Positions 13,101 to 26,400 of a DNA stretch of 64,000 nucleotides are shown piece after piece. A model generated the notes under the pieces. It searched no databases and was not told where the DNA came from. It saw only the letters and a list, made by a program, of their open reading frames with translations. Every line of letters starts with the position of its first letter. The stretch's first letter is position 1. The translations under genes and the position numbers were made by a program. The DNA is from Podarcis vaucheri (Eukaryota), in assembly GCA_965113315.1 (NCBI GenBank), contig OZ220364.1; one strand, given 5' to 3'.

Positions 13101-14291
13101 TCCTTTACTTTGGTCCCTTGAAGCCTAGTGATACAATCCAGCAATGTTACCCACAACTAAGAGGGGGAAAGAGCTGTATTCTTGCAGCTGAGACTTGGGC
13201 ACCGCAATGGACTCATGAGCTGCCCCTGCTGAAGTGTTCCCTCTGGAATCAGGGGTGGGGAAGAGGCCAGCAGGAAGGTTCATCCAGCTAAACTGGTTTG
13301 CATGAGGGGGGATTATCTGGTTGATACTGTCTTCTTGGTACACACTCGTTCTGGATTATTCCCATTTTGTTCAACTCCCTTAGAAACTAAATCTGGAATA
13401 AACCAATATTGAGCAAGGGGGGGTGATGTAGATTAACCAAATATAGGAGTGCAAGACCCCGTTTTCATACAAAGAGCTCAAGCTATGACCACCCCTCTGG
13501 AAGCAGCCCATCTTAGTTGAACCAAGAGAATGTGGCTCACAGGGGTGAGACCCTTGAGAAGGGAGTACATCTTGCATTCACATGGGCAGAAGTACCTCGA
13601 CATCCTAACTCCTCCAGATGAACACCAGCTCTAAGCCATATACCCTTGGTTTCAGAAAGATCATTGGAAACTGGGGGAAGGAACCGTCCACAGCTACAGT
13701 GGTTGTTCAGCAGTGGTGGGGAGAAGAGGCCGGTTAAGACAGAGTTGGAAAGGGCAAAGGGGTGGGGTGGGGGGTAGAAGCAGCATGTTTCAGTGTCATC
13801 AAGGTTGTCATTCCCAGAGGCAGGAGTGATCTGCTTTATACATTTTCAACGCGACTCTAAAAAGGAGAAAAACTTAACGTTCACGTTACTGGCCATTAAT
13901 GCATGGTACTGACACTGCACAGAAAAAAGTGTTCTTACACATTCACTAAGAACTATTGCTATTATTAAATAGCCCCAGCTAAGCTGGGGTTGTGGGTGGT
14001 TGTTTCTCCATTTGAAAAAAAGGAAACTTTTTTTTTTTTTGGCTTACACAGTTCAGAGAGTTTGTGTTGTTTAGAGCGAAGAAGTGAGGGGGGGGGGCTT
14101 CTGAGGATCCAGGCGGTGAGTGAAGCCGCCCCATCGTTAAATGCCAATCCAAGTCCAATCATTGTGAGAGGGGGAAACATTAATCAGCAGGTAGCAAGAT
14201 GGAGCTCCAGAAGAGACAGTGTGCAGCACAGGGTTTTGAAATGGGAGGGCTTTGCCTTTGGCTCCTCTCATCTCTCCCCATTCTGCCGGCT
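10150..14291 (-). other. BAZ2A: BAZ2A 3'UTR (about 4.1 kb)
   Basis: Continues from the stop codon, is poor in transposon remnants, has a U-rich distal part on the minus strand and ends after AATAAA at 10173-10178. Confidence 0.7.
10173..10178 (-). terminator. BAZ2A polyadenylation signal AATAAA
   Basis: Forward tttatt at the end of the U-rich UTR block; UGU/UU-containing sequence follows on the minus strand. Confidence 0.65.
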
Positions 14292-14460
14292 TCATGGGTT
14301 TGTCTCCTGTTTTCCCTGATAAAACTCCTCCCACCGGCTCTCAAAAAACTGGCGCATGGTCAGCCCTGCCTTGCCCACCTCGGACTCATCCTCATTAAAG
14401 GTCCGGCAGTTGTCGAACACCAGGGCAGCATCAGCAGCAAACTCCTCACAACTTGTGTAC
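14292..14460 (-). CDS. BAZ2A: BAZ2A coding exon 28 (bromodomain C-half, stop)
   Basis: YTSCEEFAADAALVFDNCRTFNEDESEVGKAG...QGKQETNP*. Confidence 0.96.
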
Positions 14461-17400
14461 CTGTGGAGGACAAAGAGAGCAGCAGTCAGCTTCCTGGAAG
14501 CAGCTAAGAAGTCCAGCACTCAGACAGAAACTGCAGGCGCCCTGCAACACCACAATCCCATCCCCTGGTGGTGAGGGCAGTCTCAATGAACACTGCTTTA
14601 GCCAGCTCTTAATTACTGCAAATCAACCCTCCTCTCAAGCTCTCCCCTCCCCTTCCTTCATTTCTTCCCAATAGCTAGAATGCAGGGGCAGATTATCATC
14701 ATGTTATTACATTTACACTACAACTTTCCTCCAAGTAGTGCACCTTTCCCCTGTTCTACCTCCACAACAACCCCTGTGAGCTAGGGTCTAGTCTTAAGTC
14801 ACCTAGTGAGCTTCATAACTTAGTGGGGATCGTGTTTTTTGAATAAGCACTCAATAGTTCAGTTGATTAGAACGTAGTGCTGATAACGCCAAGGTTGCAG
14901 GTTCAATCCTTGTATGGGACAGCTGCATATTCCTGCAGGCACTGCAGGGAGTTGGACTAGATGATCCTTAAGGGTCCTTTCCAACTGTGCAATTCTATGA
15001 TTCGACACCTGGTCTCCCAGGCTCCAGTCCAACGCTACATTGCACCAGCTTCTTTTTCAACAGCAGTAAGCTATGGCGTAATTTGGATTTGGGACCTGTC
15101 AACTGTAGGAATGACTACAGGACTGCAGTATGGCATGTATACATTTGGGACAATTCCACCAGTCTCTCCCTTGCTTGGGCTACCACCATTTGCAGGTGTC
15201 ATTAGGAAAGGGAGGAGGCTGCTGAGCTTGAGCAGCTAGTGGCAGGCGAATTTACAGGAAGGTTTCTCAAGTCTGAGACGTTAATTTACACTGTAAGAAA
15301 CAGAAAGGAAAGATCTTGTGGCATCTTAAGAACTAACACAAATTTATTTGTGGTGTAAGCTTTCATGAGCAAGAGTCCAGCTCATCAGATGTAGGTGCTT
15401 TCCAAGTTGGCAAGTATATACACATGGGTGTGGAAGAGGGGGAAATAAAGCCATGAAATCAGAGGGAAATAAATTTCTAAAAGTACAGACTGTGACAATT
15501 CTGATGAAACTTAAATATAGTCCGATCTTGCATATACAGTGGTGCCTCGGGTTAAGAACTTAATTAATTCTGGAGGTCTATCTTAAGCAGAAACTGTTCT
15601 CAACCTGAGGTACCACTTTAGCTAATGGGGCCTCCCGCTACCGCCAGAACACGATTTCTGTTCTCATCCTGAAGCAAAGTTCCTAACCTAAAGTACTATT
15701 TCTGGGTTAGTGGAGTCTGTAACCTGAAGCGTCTGTAACCCGAGGTACCACTGTATATTCCTGCCAATGTGGGGCAATGCTCCATACATCCAGACTGTGG
15801 TCCACAAAATCTCATGCATTAATAAAGGGGTTAGTTTTCAAGATGCTACAACACTCTTGGATGGTTTTTCTGAAGCAGACTGATACAGCTACCACCCCTC
15901 AAGATTTATTTTTTTAAAAAAATCTCTTCCAATATCATGCCCAGGTGGTGGATAAAACACCGTGGTTTTTTTCTAAAAAGCCTTAACTCAAATTTTGCAT
16001 GACTGCAAAGGATCCCAGCTTTGCGATCACTACCTCTGCCATTCCTACGTCACAACACTTGGCCTCCCCAAGGCAGGCCTCGTCACACACTCCTTTCCCT
16101 GCGCAGCATCACCTTTCCCTCAGTAAGCCCTCTGGAGACCTCAAGTTTAGTAACTCTGCAAAAGAAGCCAGGCCCAAGGGCTGTGGAATACCGCACGGGA
16201 CCACCATGAGGCGTGTGCTATCTCCACCTGCACAAAACTACCCCATTTGTAGCACACAAAACCCTCCAACCAGGACCAACCCCCACAATTAGAAAGGGGT
16301 TGTGTGAGCGCCATTTGGATTTGAGCTGGCCCTGCTACCAGCAAGCTCCTTCCCTGGACTCACCCGCCGCGCAGCAGCCGTGCCCTCATGGTGGCAAAGT
16401 CCATAGGGTTTTTGATGATTTTCCGATAGCCAGGCACTAGCCGGGGGTTAACTGGTTCCAAGAAAGGCCAGGCAGCTTCATGTGATTCCATCTCCATCAG
16501 GATGATCCTGACAAAAAGGGGCCAATGTAAGAGTCAGGGCTAAAGAAACCGGAGAGCTTATTGGTCAAGCTGAGAAGGCCTCCCAAGGAGCAAGAGGAGC
16601 CCTAGAGGGGATTTACTGACACTCTAACCAAATTATTTGGATCGTTCATGCACCGCCTACTAACCGAAGAGGTTCTTGCGGCAGCTTACTCATGCAACTA
16701 AATAGGCAAGAGTTGCTATAGTGGGCAAACATATACACAAGTTTCCCCCTCCGCTGCCTCTCTGCTTCTGAATCTCTGGGCCACAGCACATCTGAGAGGA
16801 AACAGCTGCTGCAGAAGCCCAATGTAAGTCCCTCACAGAGTGGGGCTGCTTCACCCCATGTCCACTGTGGATGTCTCTCTGCGTGCAAGATGCAAAAAGC
16901 CCAGGGAAAGCAAATGGGATTTACAAGCCTTCCACAGCCCTCAGATGCTCCAGGTGCCACTCTGCTTCTGAATCTCTAGGCCACAGCAAGTCTTAGAGCA
17001 AATGGCCCTTTCTCCTCTCCATTCAAACCTAACTGAAAGCTTAGCCCTATGGCATATTCTGCTCCACACCCATCTCCCCTAGACACCAACTCCGAGGTGA
17101 TACCTACTCGCAGAAGGTGAGGTCGGCACTCTGGCCTCGTGTAGACACTCTTCTTCGCTTGGAAGGAGACAGGCCTTCACCCGAGTATCGGGGCGGTACG
17201 TTGGCCAGGTTACTGCGCTGCTGGTTTGCTGCTGACCGAGATCGGGGCCTAAGCTCCTCCTTTCCAAAAAAAGCCCCAGAACTTCCACCTTTTCTTTTCT
17301 TGCCGCGTCGTGGAGAGCCATAGTCATCCTGGTATTCTCTTTGCATCTGTACCATAGAGAAATTGGAGGGGCGACAGGGATGTGTGTGTGTGAGAGAGAG

Positions 17401-20400
17401 AGAAGTAAAGAACCATAAACTGGTGAATTTAGGAATCCCACTTCAGGGAAGGGTTTCCCAAAGGCAGCACAAAAAGCCTAGAGCTATCTGCTAGGGATAC
17501 GGCACGGTCCCACACTGTTGCACACTCCCCACACGCTCCAACATTCAACACTCCCTCCCTTGGAATGCATCTCAGTACCAATTGTGGAGCAAAGGAAGCC
17601 CTGCCAGTCAAGGAGGAAGTATCAAAGAGTTTGGGATGGGACAGATTCTAGCCCACATGGAGCCAGCACCTGAGCGATGCAGAGGGAGCAGAACCAGTCA
17701 CCGGCCGGCACCTCGGTCATCTTGGGCCGGTGGCAGTAGAGGTGGCAGCCACGATCGCAGCTATCGCATAGCAGCAGGTTCTCATCATCATCCCCTTTCC
17801 GGCACACTAGGCAAGTCTGAAGGGCAGGGAGAACAAGGAGGGGTGAGGACCAGCACCACATTCAGAGGTCCAAGGCCAAAGGTGAGCTCTGAGAGCTCTC
17901 CCTTTTCCCTTGTCCCCAAATTGAGCTCCTTCCCAGCTAGATTCATCCAAGCCACGGCTCTGCTCTAGCCAACCCCTTTGGAACAGAGAGATCTTTCTGC
18001 AGATCCCACAGCTGCTTCATTTCCTCCTAGTACAGGCTTCAGCACACATGGGCCTCTAAAGGCCACACAAGGAGGATCAACTCTCTTCTCTGCACCAGGG
18101 ATTTCACAAGTTACCTATGTTCACTTTGATTTCTTCATTTACGCTTCCTTCTATTTCCTACCCCCAACCCAGTGCTCCTTCCTCACCGCTCTGACAACAG
18201 ACTTCTCCCAGGCAATAGAATGCTCCAGCTGGTAGATGCAGAGAGAAACTTGGGCTGCACTATGGCATCTCTCCAAGGTCTGGCGCCACGTTCGCATCCG
18301 CGGTGTGATCTCGTATGAACTGCAGAAGAAAAAAATAGCAATCCATTAAGATGGGGGGAAGTCAATCCTGCCCAGCAAAGGAAATTCTTCACTTGGAGTC
18401 TCTTGGGGCCATTCCAAATGGAAACATACTGTGAGAGATGGCAGGCCTTTGGCGCATCATCTGAAGCTCCAGGATGGAATCGTCAGGGGAATCTATAACT
18501 TCTGGCTCAGAGTCTTACTGCTCTAAACCATCTACATCCCTGTTATATTTAGTTCTCATTAACGTCCATCGTCGCCTAGCGCATAAGCATGCTGCGTAAA
18601 CATTAGAAATCTGGTGAACTTTGACATTTATTGTTAAGCCTCAAAGACTTAAGTAGGCCCAAAAGGAAATCTAACAGTAGCCTTAAGTTCAAATCATTCT
18701 CATTTCCATCATATGCAGCAAAAAGGATATTTATCATACCTCAGGCTTGAGAGAAACAGATTCTTGCCAATAAGATTTCTGACATTTCCTGCTGGGCCTT
18801 GTAAAGCCGTAAGACTTACTGGTAAATGTCAACATTCACCAGATTTCTCACTTTTGCTGCAATGCATACATTTACCACTTTCTATTGCCTAAAAAGCCTC
18901 ATGTCAAAACAACCAACAGCAGCAGCTTTTTTCCTTTCATCTTAGTATCTTCTCAATGCAATCAGACCTGGAATTTATCAAGACTCCTGCCCCAACAAAG
19001 TCCATATTCTCCCATTTCCACAAGAGGTTTTTTAAATGTTAGTTCCTGTGGGTTTTTACTAGTTTACTTTAATGTAAACTGATTTAGGAGTCTCTGGGTT
19101 AAAAGGAAAGGTATAAAAAAAGCTTTTTATAAATAGTGAGACGACCCTGATTCTCATAAGGAGTAAGGCCCTGGCAATTCAGTCAACAGTAAAAGAATAC
19201 ACCTACATTTCTGTGGTACCCAGCTCAAGGTTACTGGGGTTACTCAGCAAAGCTTTTTCTACCACCACCTCGTGAGGAGGCCAGAGGGGCTCTCTGAGGT
19301 ATCTCCGCTCCAAGTTTTGCTCTAGCTCTGTCAGGCGAAGCACAGCTAGGTCTAAAGGGTTGGTGGTTTCACGCTTCATAGCTGGTCCTTCACGCCGGTT
19401 TTTTATGGTGATGTCTTCCAGAAGCTCCAGCTGATGCTCACAGTACTGCAAGTCGTTCCGAACAGAATCAGGTTCTGGACTTGTCCAGCCCTGGGGGGGG
19501 GGGGGGAGGTGGAAAGCAAAAACGTGAGATCAGGGCATGGCAGGAAGAAGAGGGGGTTGTGACACACTCTGGGAAGCCCAGACGCATTTGCGAATCTTCT
19601 TTCCATGTACCAACCGAAACCAGTTCCTGCAGGTACACAGTTTTCAAGGTTGTGCTACTCCTGTTGCCAATGAAAAATATCTGCACCAAATAATGATGGT
19701 GCCTCTGGCACAAATGTGCAAAGGAGCCCCCATGTACCAGAACACTCACAGTCTTAAGATAGCCCATCAAAACAAAGAAGCTTGAATCATCATATGGTGC
19801 TGCCAATGTACATGGACCTCTATAGGTGCCACAACAAAAAAAAGAGAAGTCTTTGCTCTCAAATTGATTAGCTTTCTGCAGGGCAGTGTAGCTGCAAAGG
19901 TGCCAGCTGGGGAGTAATGCCCACATGCAAGAATGGAAATGCCAAGGTAGGATTTTAAGGTGACCTGGGTCATTTCTCTCCTCAGTTTTCCAACTCCAGA
20001 AACAAGGAAAGATCTAAATGTATGTTTTAAATTGTTACGGCAGATCTAGAGATTAGCAGGCACCCCCCAGAGTGATCTGTACAACGTGAGGTCATCCCCC
20101 ACCCCACCCACAAGAATAAGAAGAGTTATCAGGAGGGACTCAGCCTACCCTGGATCATGGTACCTACTCGGATCTGTAGATCAGCCATGAGTACTCGCTG
20201 CTCCAGCTCCTCCACCCACTGCAGAACAGACAGGTCTGCCTCAAAGGCCCGCTCCGCCATCGACCACTGGGCCAAGGTTTCCTGAGAGACACGGTGGGCA
20301 GAATCCTCAGGATGGGTCTGGAAGATGGGATCTAGGTGGGAAGACCAGAAGAGTCCATTAGAGAAGTTAGGGATGTGGTGACGTGGTTCCCTGCCTCACT

Positions 20401-23400
20401 CCAGCCATACGATGAGAAGCTCTTACCATTGGCGGCTCGGGCACACACCTCCCGTAGGTACTCCTTGTGCTTGATAAGGTGCTTGTGCAGGGCTTTCTCG
20501 CGGATCCCTCGTGGGTGCAGGACCTGCACCACGGCTTCCAGCTCTTCCGGATCCTGCAGCCACCACCAGCCACTCTGCATCTCTGCAAGGAAGAGAAGAA
20601 TGGGGAGGGGGAGGTGAACCAGCTGAGAGTCTGGGCCCACTGAATAAGCCACCGTTTCCGCACAGCATGCCTGTTAGCTCCCAAATGCTGCACTCTGGGT
20701 CTTGTGTTAGGTCAGCATGCATGCAAGGAACTGTACATCAGCTGCTTTCACAGTTCAGGAAGTCTTTAAGTAATGTGGAAGACAACCATATCTAGTGCAG
20801 TACTTGAGGGGGTTGTCCTTAAGAACAGAATTTTTAGTCCTCATGGGGAAAACGTGAAACTGCATTGGCAGTTTCTACAAGGTCCTACAAACTGAAGACA
20901 CTGTGGGGTGATGCTTCCAGGGGTTAGGAGATACCTATGGTCACTCATGGCGGATTCTCAGTCGCGTCTTCTTACAAATGGCAAACCATTTCATCTTCCC
21001 TCTCAATCCTTTTCCAATCCACGGTATCAATAACTTCAGAGTACGCACATAGTACAAATTATACAGAAGAAAATGAGATGTAAGTTTCCCTCACCTGGAG
21101 GTATAGGCTGTGCTGTCAACTGTGTCAAATATTTCTGCTCAATTTGCTTGAAGAGTTTTGTAGGGGGGCGCCCCCGTCGTCTCGGCTGCCCTAGAGGTTC
21201 CTGGCCTTTAACGGGGACGTCCTTGGCTCTTGAGGAGCAAGTACTGTGAATCCTGGAGCTGGAATGGAGAGGGGTGGAGGCCAGCTGCGGCAATGCTGGG
21301 CTGGCGGTGGAAAGGCCATTCAGCTGTGGAGAGGGAAAGATCAGGGTGCATCAGACAAGGCATGAGCTCTAACAGGGCTTTAAAGTCAATCTTCTAGTGG
21401 AGTTGCCATCTGCTCAAGGAGCTGCCTGGCTGTTTTTTCAATCATGCCAACACTTACAGGTTACTATGTGGGCTTGAAAAAAATCAGCTACTACCTTATC
21501 TGAAGTCATTTGTTGTCTTATTGCTAGCTATTATATACGAGTGGAAGGCACCAGGGAATGGTGTATATTAGCAGGGTAAGAGGATAACTAGATAGAGGAC
21601 AATGAGATCAACAAAGGATGTTATACTTTATCTATACCAAGTTGTGTCCCAAGGCAGGACAATCTTATAACCTAAAGCCACTTCCACTTTTGCCTTGAAA
21701 GCTTCGCAGGAAGACATCTACCCACTCAACGAGAAAGCTCATTCTAAATGACTTTTCACGGTTAGGAAATCCTTCCTGATGACAACTCTAAATCTACCTC
21801 TTGAATTCTAATCTATTACTTTTTGTCTGATTCTCTATGAACAGTAGTTTCCAGACCGCTTCCTGTCTGATAGTTCCTACCCTGAACAGATAAGAAATGC
21901 AGAGCAATTCAGAAATAGCATTACCACCACCAACCCCATGCTCTAGTTGTTACATGGAAACAGACCACTCACGGGGAACTGTCCCCAGGATTCAGGTAAA
22001 GGCCCTGCATTCAATTCCTTGTATTAATGCAGGCACCATGTCCCTTGCTCCTCCACTGACCCAGGCAAGATCAGAATTGGAGCTTGCATTTCCTGGTAAT
22101 GAAAGGTCTCTAGATGACACTCACCTGCCGGGTCGAGGCCTTTGACTGGTCCCTGGTCGGGGGCTTGCAGGAATGGGGGGCAGCTTTTATAGAGGGTTGT
22201 TCAACGGAGGTAGTAATTGGAGAGTCATTACAGGGTGCCCGGGGCAGCAGATTGAACCAGGCAACCTGTGTTTCTGTGGCACTTTCATCCTCTGCGGCAG
22301 AGTCTGGCAGCTCATCTGGGGGTAAGGGGTCCCCTTTGCCAGGGCTGCTGTCTGGGGTAAGCACAGAACTGTTGAGCAACGAGGATGCCTGCTGTGTCTG
22401 GCTGAGCCAGGACAGGAAGGCCGACTGGCTGAGGTCATGCTGGGATTGGCCCATGGGCACACAATCCTCCAAAAATCCATTGACAGACATGGGGGCGGGC
22501 TCTGGCAACTTGGGCTCCGACGACTCAGGCAGCAGCATATTGTCCCTCCACGGCCGGCTCCATGACCAAGAAGTTGTGCCGTTTACGTAATCAGTAACCG
22601 GTGGGGTCTCAGTGGTCTCTTGTTTGATGGGCAATGCCTCCGGTTCTTCCTCCTTCAGGGCCTCTTCCTTCTCTGGCACGTTCTTGGGCGTCTCAGGGGA
22701 AGCTGCTTGGGAGGCAACAAAAATGATATCTCTCTAGGTTTTGCCACAAGATGGTGCTAAAAACTTATCTCAAAAATACAATGGCAGGGGTGGGTGCGGG
22801 GAGAACCTGTGGCCCTCCAGATGCTCTTCCATCAGCTCCAAGCAGCAGGGCTGATGGTTAGAGATGATGGGAGTTGGGAGGGTCCAACGTCACCTAAAGG
22901 GCCACCACTTCCTCATCTCTGTATGGAGTGATGGAGGCAAGCACAGGTACAGCAGATCTTTTTTCTTTTGGAAAGTATCTTCCCTGCCTCCACCCCCTGA
23001 CTGCAAGGGAAACACTGATTCAAATCACTTGTGGATGTGTGTGCAGCTTTCTTGAGCGGGTAGAACAGTAAGAGAAAAAGCCGCCAGCGCACGAAAGATC
23101 AAGCATCAGCTTTTCAACAAAGGAGTCATTGGCCAAATGTTATATACAGCTGAAGTCTAAAGTGCGATTTTGTTCGCAGATATAATGCCCTATTAAATTA
23201 CTCCACCCATCCATATATCTCACATGCTGCCTCTGCACCCTCAGCAAACTTCAGTCAAATTGGCATTTCAATTTAAAAAGTGAAATGTGGCCCACAGATT
23301 TAAAAACAGACACACAACCCTCCTGGCTCCACTTCCCACTTCTACTCTGGTCTTCTTGCCCCAAATTCTGAGCTGTCCCACGGCTCTTTCTAATTAGCCC

Positions 23401-26400
23401 ATTAATTCTGATCTATTTTGCCAGCTGCAACAATCCTTGTGGCCCCAAGTTCTGAGGAGGGAGCCACCCCACAAAAACAAGGAACACCACAAGAAACATG
23501 TGTTCTTCCTCGTCAGACCCCGCGGGATCTACAGTGCCATCTCTTGCTTTATATTAAAAAAGCAAACCGATAAATAAAAATAAAATAACTATTAGGACGA
23601 GGCACATATTAACAAAAACCACAATTTGTACGATAAAACAGGAACTATAAAATCGCAAATCAATAAACTGTAAAATAAACTAATAGGCAGACCCCAACTC
23701 AGTAATGCCACCAGTACATTTCAAATGCCTGCATGAAGAGTCAGGTTGTTATTGAGCGCTGAAAAGAAGCCGCCATTGGTGCCTCCTGGGCCTCTGGGGG
23801 AAGGGAGAGAATTCCAAGACTCTCTCCAACATCCCCACATAATGTATAGCTCCCAAGGAGCCCCTCCCTGCAGGAGAACTTAAATGTTCAGTCAGGACAA
23901 TATAGGAATAGGAGTTCCTCAACTATCACGGTCCCAAGTGGTTTGGGCTTAGTACACACTAGGCTCCACATACCTGCTGAAACCTCACAGCCTTCTACGA
24001 AGACCCCACCTAGGTGAGGCAGCACCCAATACCGACGTCGATATCGATCCTGCCCCAGGGATGAAGCCCGTAGCAGCTGTGAAGCATGGAGCAACTTCTT
24101 GCGGAAGAACATCTGGCGCTGCAGCAAGGAGGAAGACCAGTAAGAGCACCGCGTGTTATAAAGTGTCTGTGCAAAGCTCTGGTTACCACAGCAGAGAGTA
24201 ACACACCTCCCTGATTATTCTATTGACAATCCCCAATATACCCTTTTAAGTCTAGCTGCTACTACAGCTCCTTCCATTCCGTACTTGCTTATCTTTTCAA
24301 ATACAAGCATTTACCTTGGACAGCTTTTCAATTTGTCTCTCCAGCTCAGGCACACTGGAAACCGGAGTATCATGCTGGGAAAGAAAGAAGATAACTTAGA
24401 GCCAAACTCTCATGTTTCCCAGCAAATCTAGACTGAATTGCTATGCTTTGGATACATTAAAAAAGATCTAGAAAGAAGAAAGTGGGAAGTGATGAGCGGA
24501 GGGGAGGATCCAGCTGCTGCAACTTATGAAGTTGCAAAATCCACTAAGAGACGGGGGGGGGGGTGTCCCTCTTATTCTACAGGAGGCAACACAGAGAATA
24601 TAGACTCGCTTCCTAAGACTCTTGCATCTTGCTAAAAAAGCTGGTCGTTTTGACAAGCTTAGATCTGCCTCAACGTCCATGGCCAAACATGATTTTTACC
24701 AAGGGTCACACTACTTTGAAGTTATTAGAAAGCATAGGTAATTTAAATCTGTTCTAAAATATTAACTTTTATATGTTTTCAAGGATGGTTGTGAATTTCT
24801 CTTGATTTTATTGTTTTATCTTTTTGCGAACCGTTTTGAGGTTTTTTTTACAATCAAGCGGTATATAAATTTTATGAAATAAAATAAAATTAGTTGGTCC
24901 TATAGAGGTTATTGCTCAAACTGTCCTGCATCTCATGCCATATGACCAACACTGCTCCCTCCAGACCTGCACTTTGCTATTAGAACAGATATTCAGGGAC
25001 ACTGCATATGCCCTTCTCAGTTTACTCGCTCACCCCTTCACCTACCTCATTGTCTTTCCGTGTCCTGCATGCTCTGCTTCTCTCCTCCTCCATTTCCATG
25101 TCCTCGTTCTCTTCATTGATGCGTGAGCTCCGCCGCCACCGCCCTTCCTCCAAGCCTGTGATTTCTGACTCGGGGCGTCCTGTCTTCTTGGCTAGAGCAA
25201 TCTTTAACCTACAGTGCAACAACAAGGCACCAGTAAGGGAGAGAAAAGGGACACGATACATTACAGCAAGGGACTCTGGGATTGAGACTCAGGGCAAGTG
25301 TTATCCAGCTACTGCACCTGCATGAGCTGATGCACAACTACTAGCCATCTGGAATTATTTCCTTAGGTGACCCACATAGCAAAGGGAGGAGAACCAGAGG
25401 GGAAATCCTCTGGTAAATCCAAGAAGGTGGAAAATAAAGCAATCAATAATCACTTTGGCTCCTATAGTCACAGTAAGATTCCACACCACCAGAGGCTACT
25501 TGACTTAAATAAATATAAGAGTGAAATGATCTCAGCCTTCTTCATCAAAGTGCCCCTCCCACACCCACTGAGCTTTCTGGTTACACTGGGTCAAAACTAA
25601 ATCCAGGGATATGTACCTGCGCAGCTTTCCTTCAATGATCCATTTATTTCTCCTGTGGTTAGACATGTTCTCTAGGGTCTTGTCAATTTCACTGCAAGAG
25701 TTAAACAAAAAATAAGAAAGAGAAGTGGGGTGGGGTAGAGTGTATATGACAGGAAGAGTTCAACTGCAGAGAATTGGAATATCAATATATGCACAATGCT
25801 CATTCAAGATCCATTACCCACCCCATTACACATACACAGTCCAGTCTACAAGATAATCGGCCAGCGGAAAAGTAAGGTAGCCACTCATTTCTTTAAGTCA
25901 GACTTGCAAAGCTTATGTAGGGACATTTGGACGTCCAAGACTATTGCAATCTGTTGTTCCCAGTGGTATCTTCCCAGAAAACAATTTGTTCTCTGTTCAG
26001 CACGTTTTCTACACAAAGCCCAGGTGCAATCTGGGTGGCCACATGCTAGAGTGCACAAAACCATTTATCTATTTATTTAACAGCATTTTTACACCAATGT
26101 TCGGTCAAAAAATGCTCCCAGTGCAGCTTGCATAAAATCAACAATGAGCAAGGTAGTCCCTGCCTACAGCTTTGCAATCTTACTGTGGTCACTAAACATC
26201 TAAGATATGCTGAACCATCTAGCTCCTCTGCTTTCTTTCCTCTCTCGGCTCAATACAGTAAGATAGCATCATGGGGGAGGATGCCTCCCCATCCATATCT
26301 ATGTATTATGAGCTCAGACTGTCACATACATATGGCCATGAGAGACACAACTCAGCAACTTGCCTGAGCTATCACCACTTACTTGATGATAAGGGCACTG

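Noticed and set aside
22114-22590. 158-aa plus-strand ORF (also 29899-30309 and 33174-33542)
   Set aside because: Antisense shadows of BAZ2A exons.
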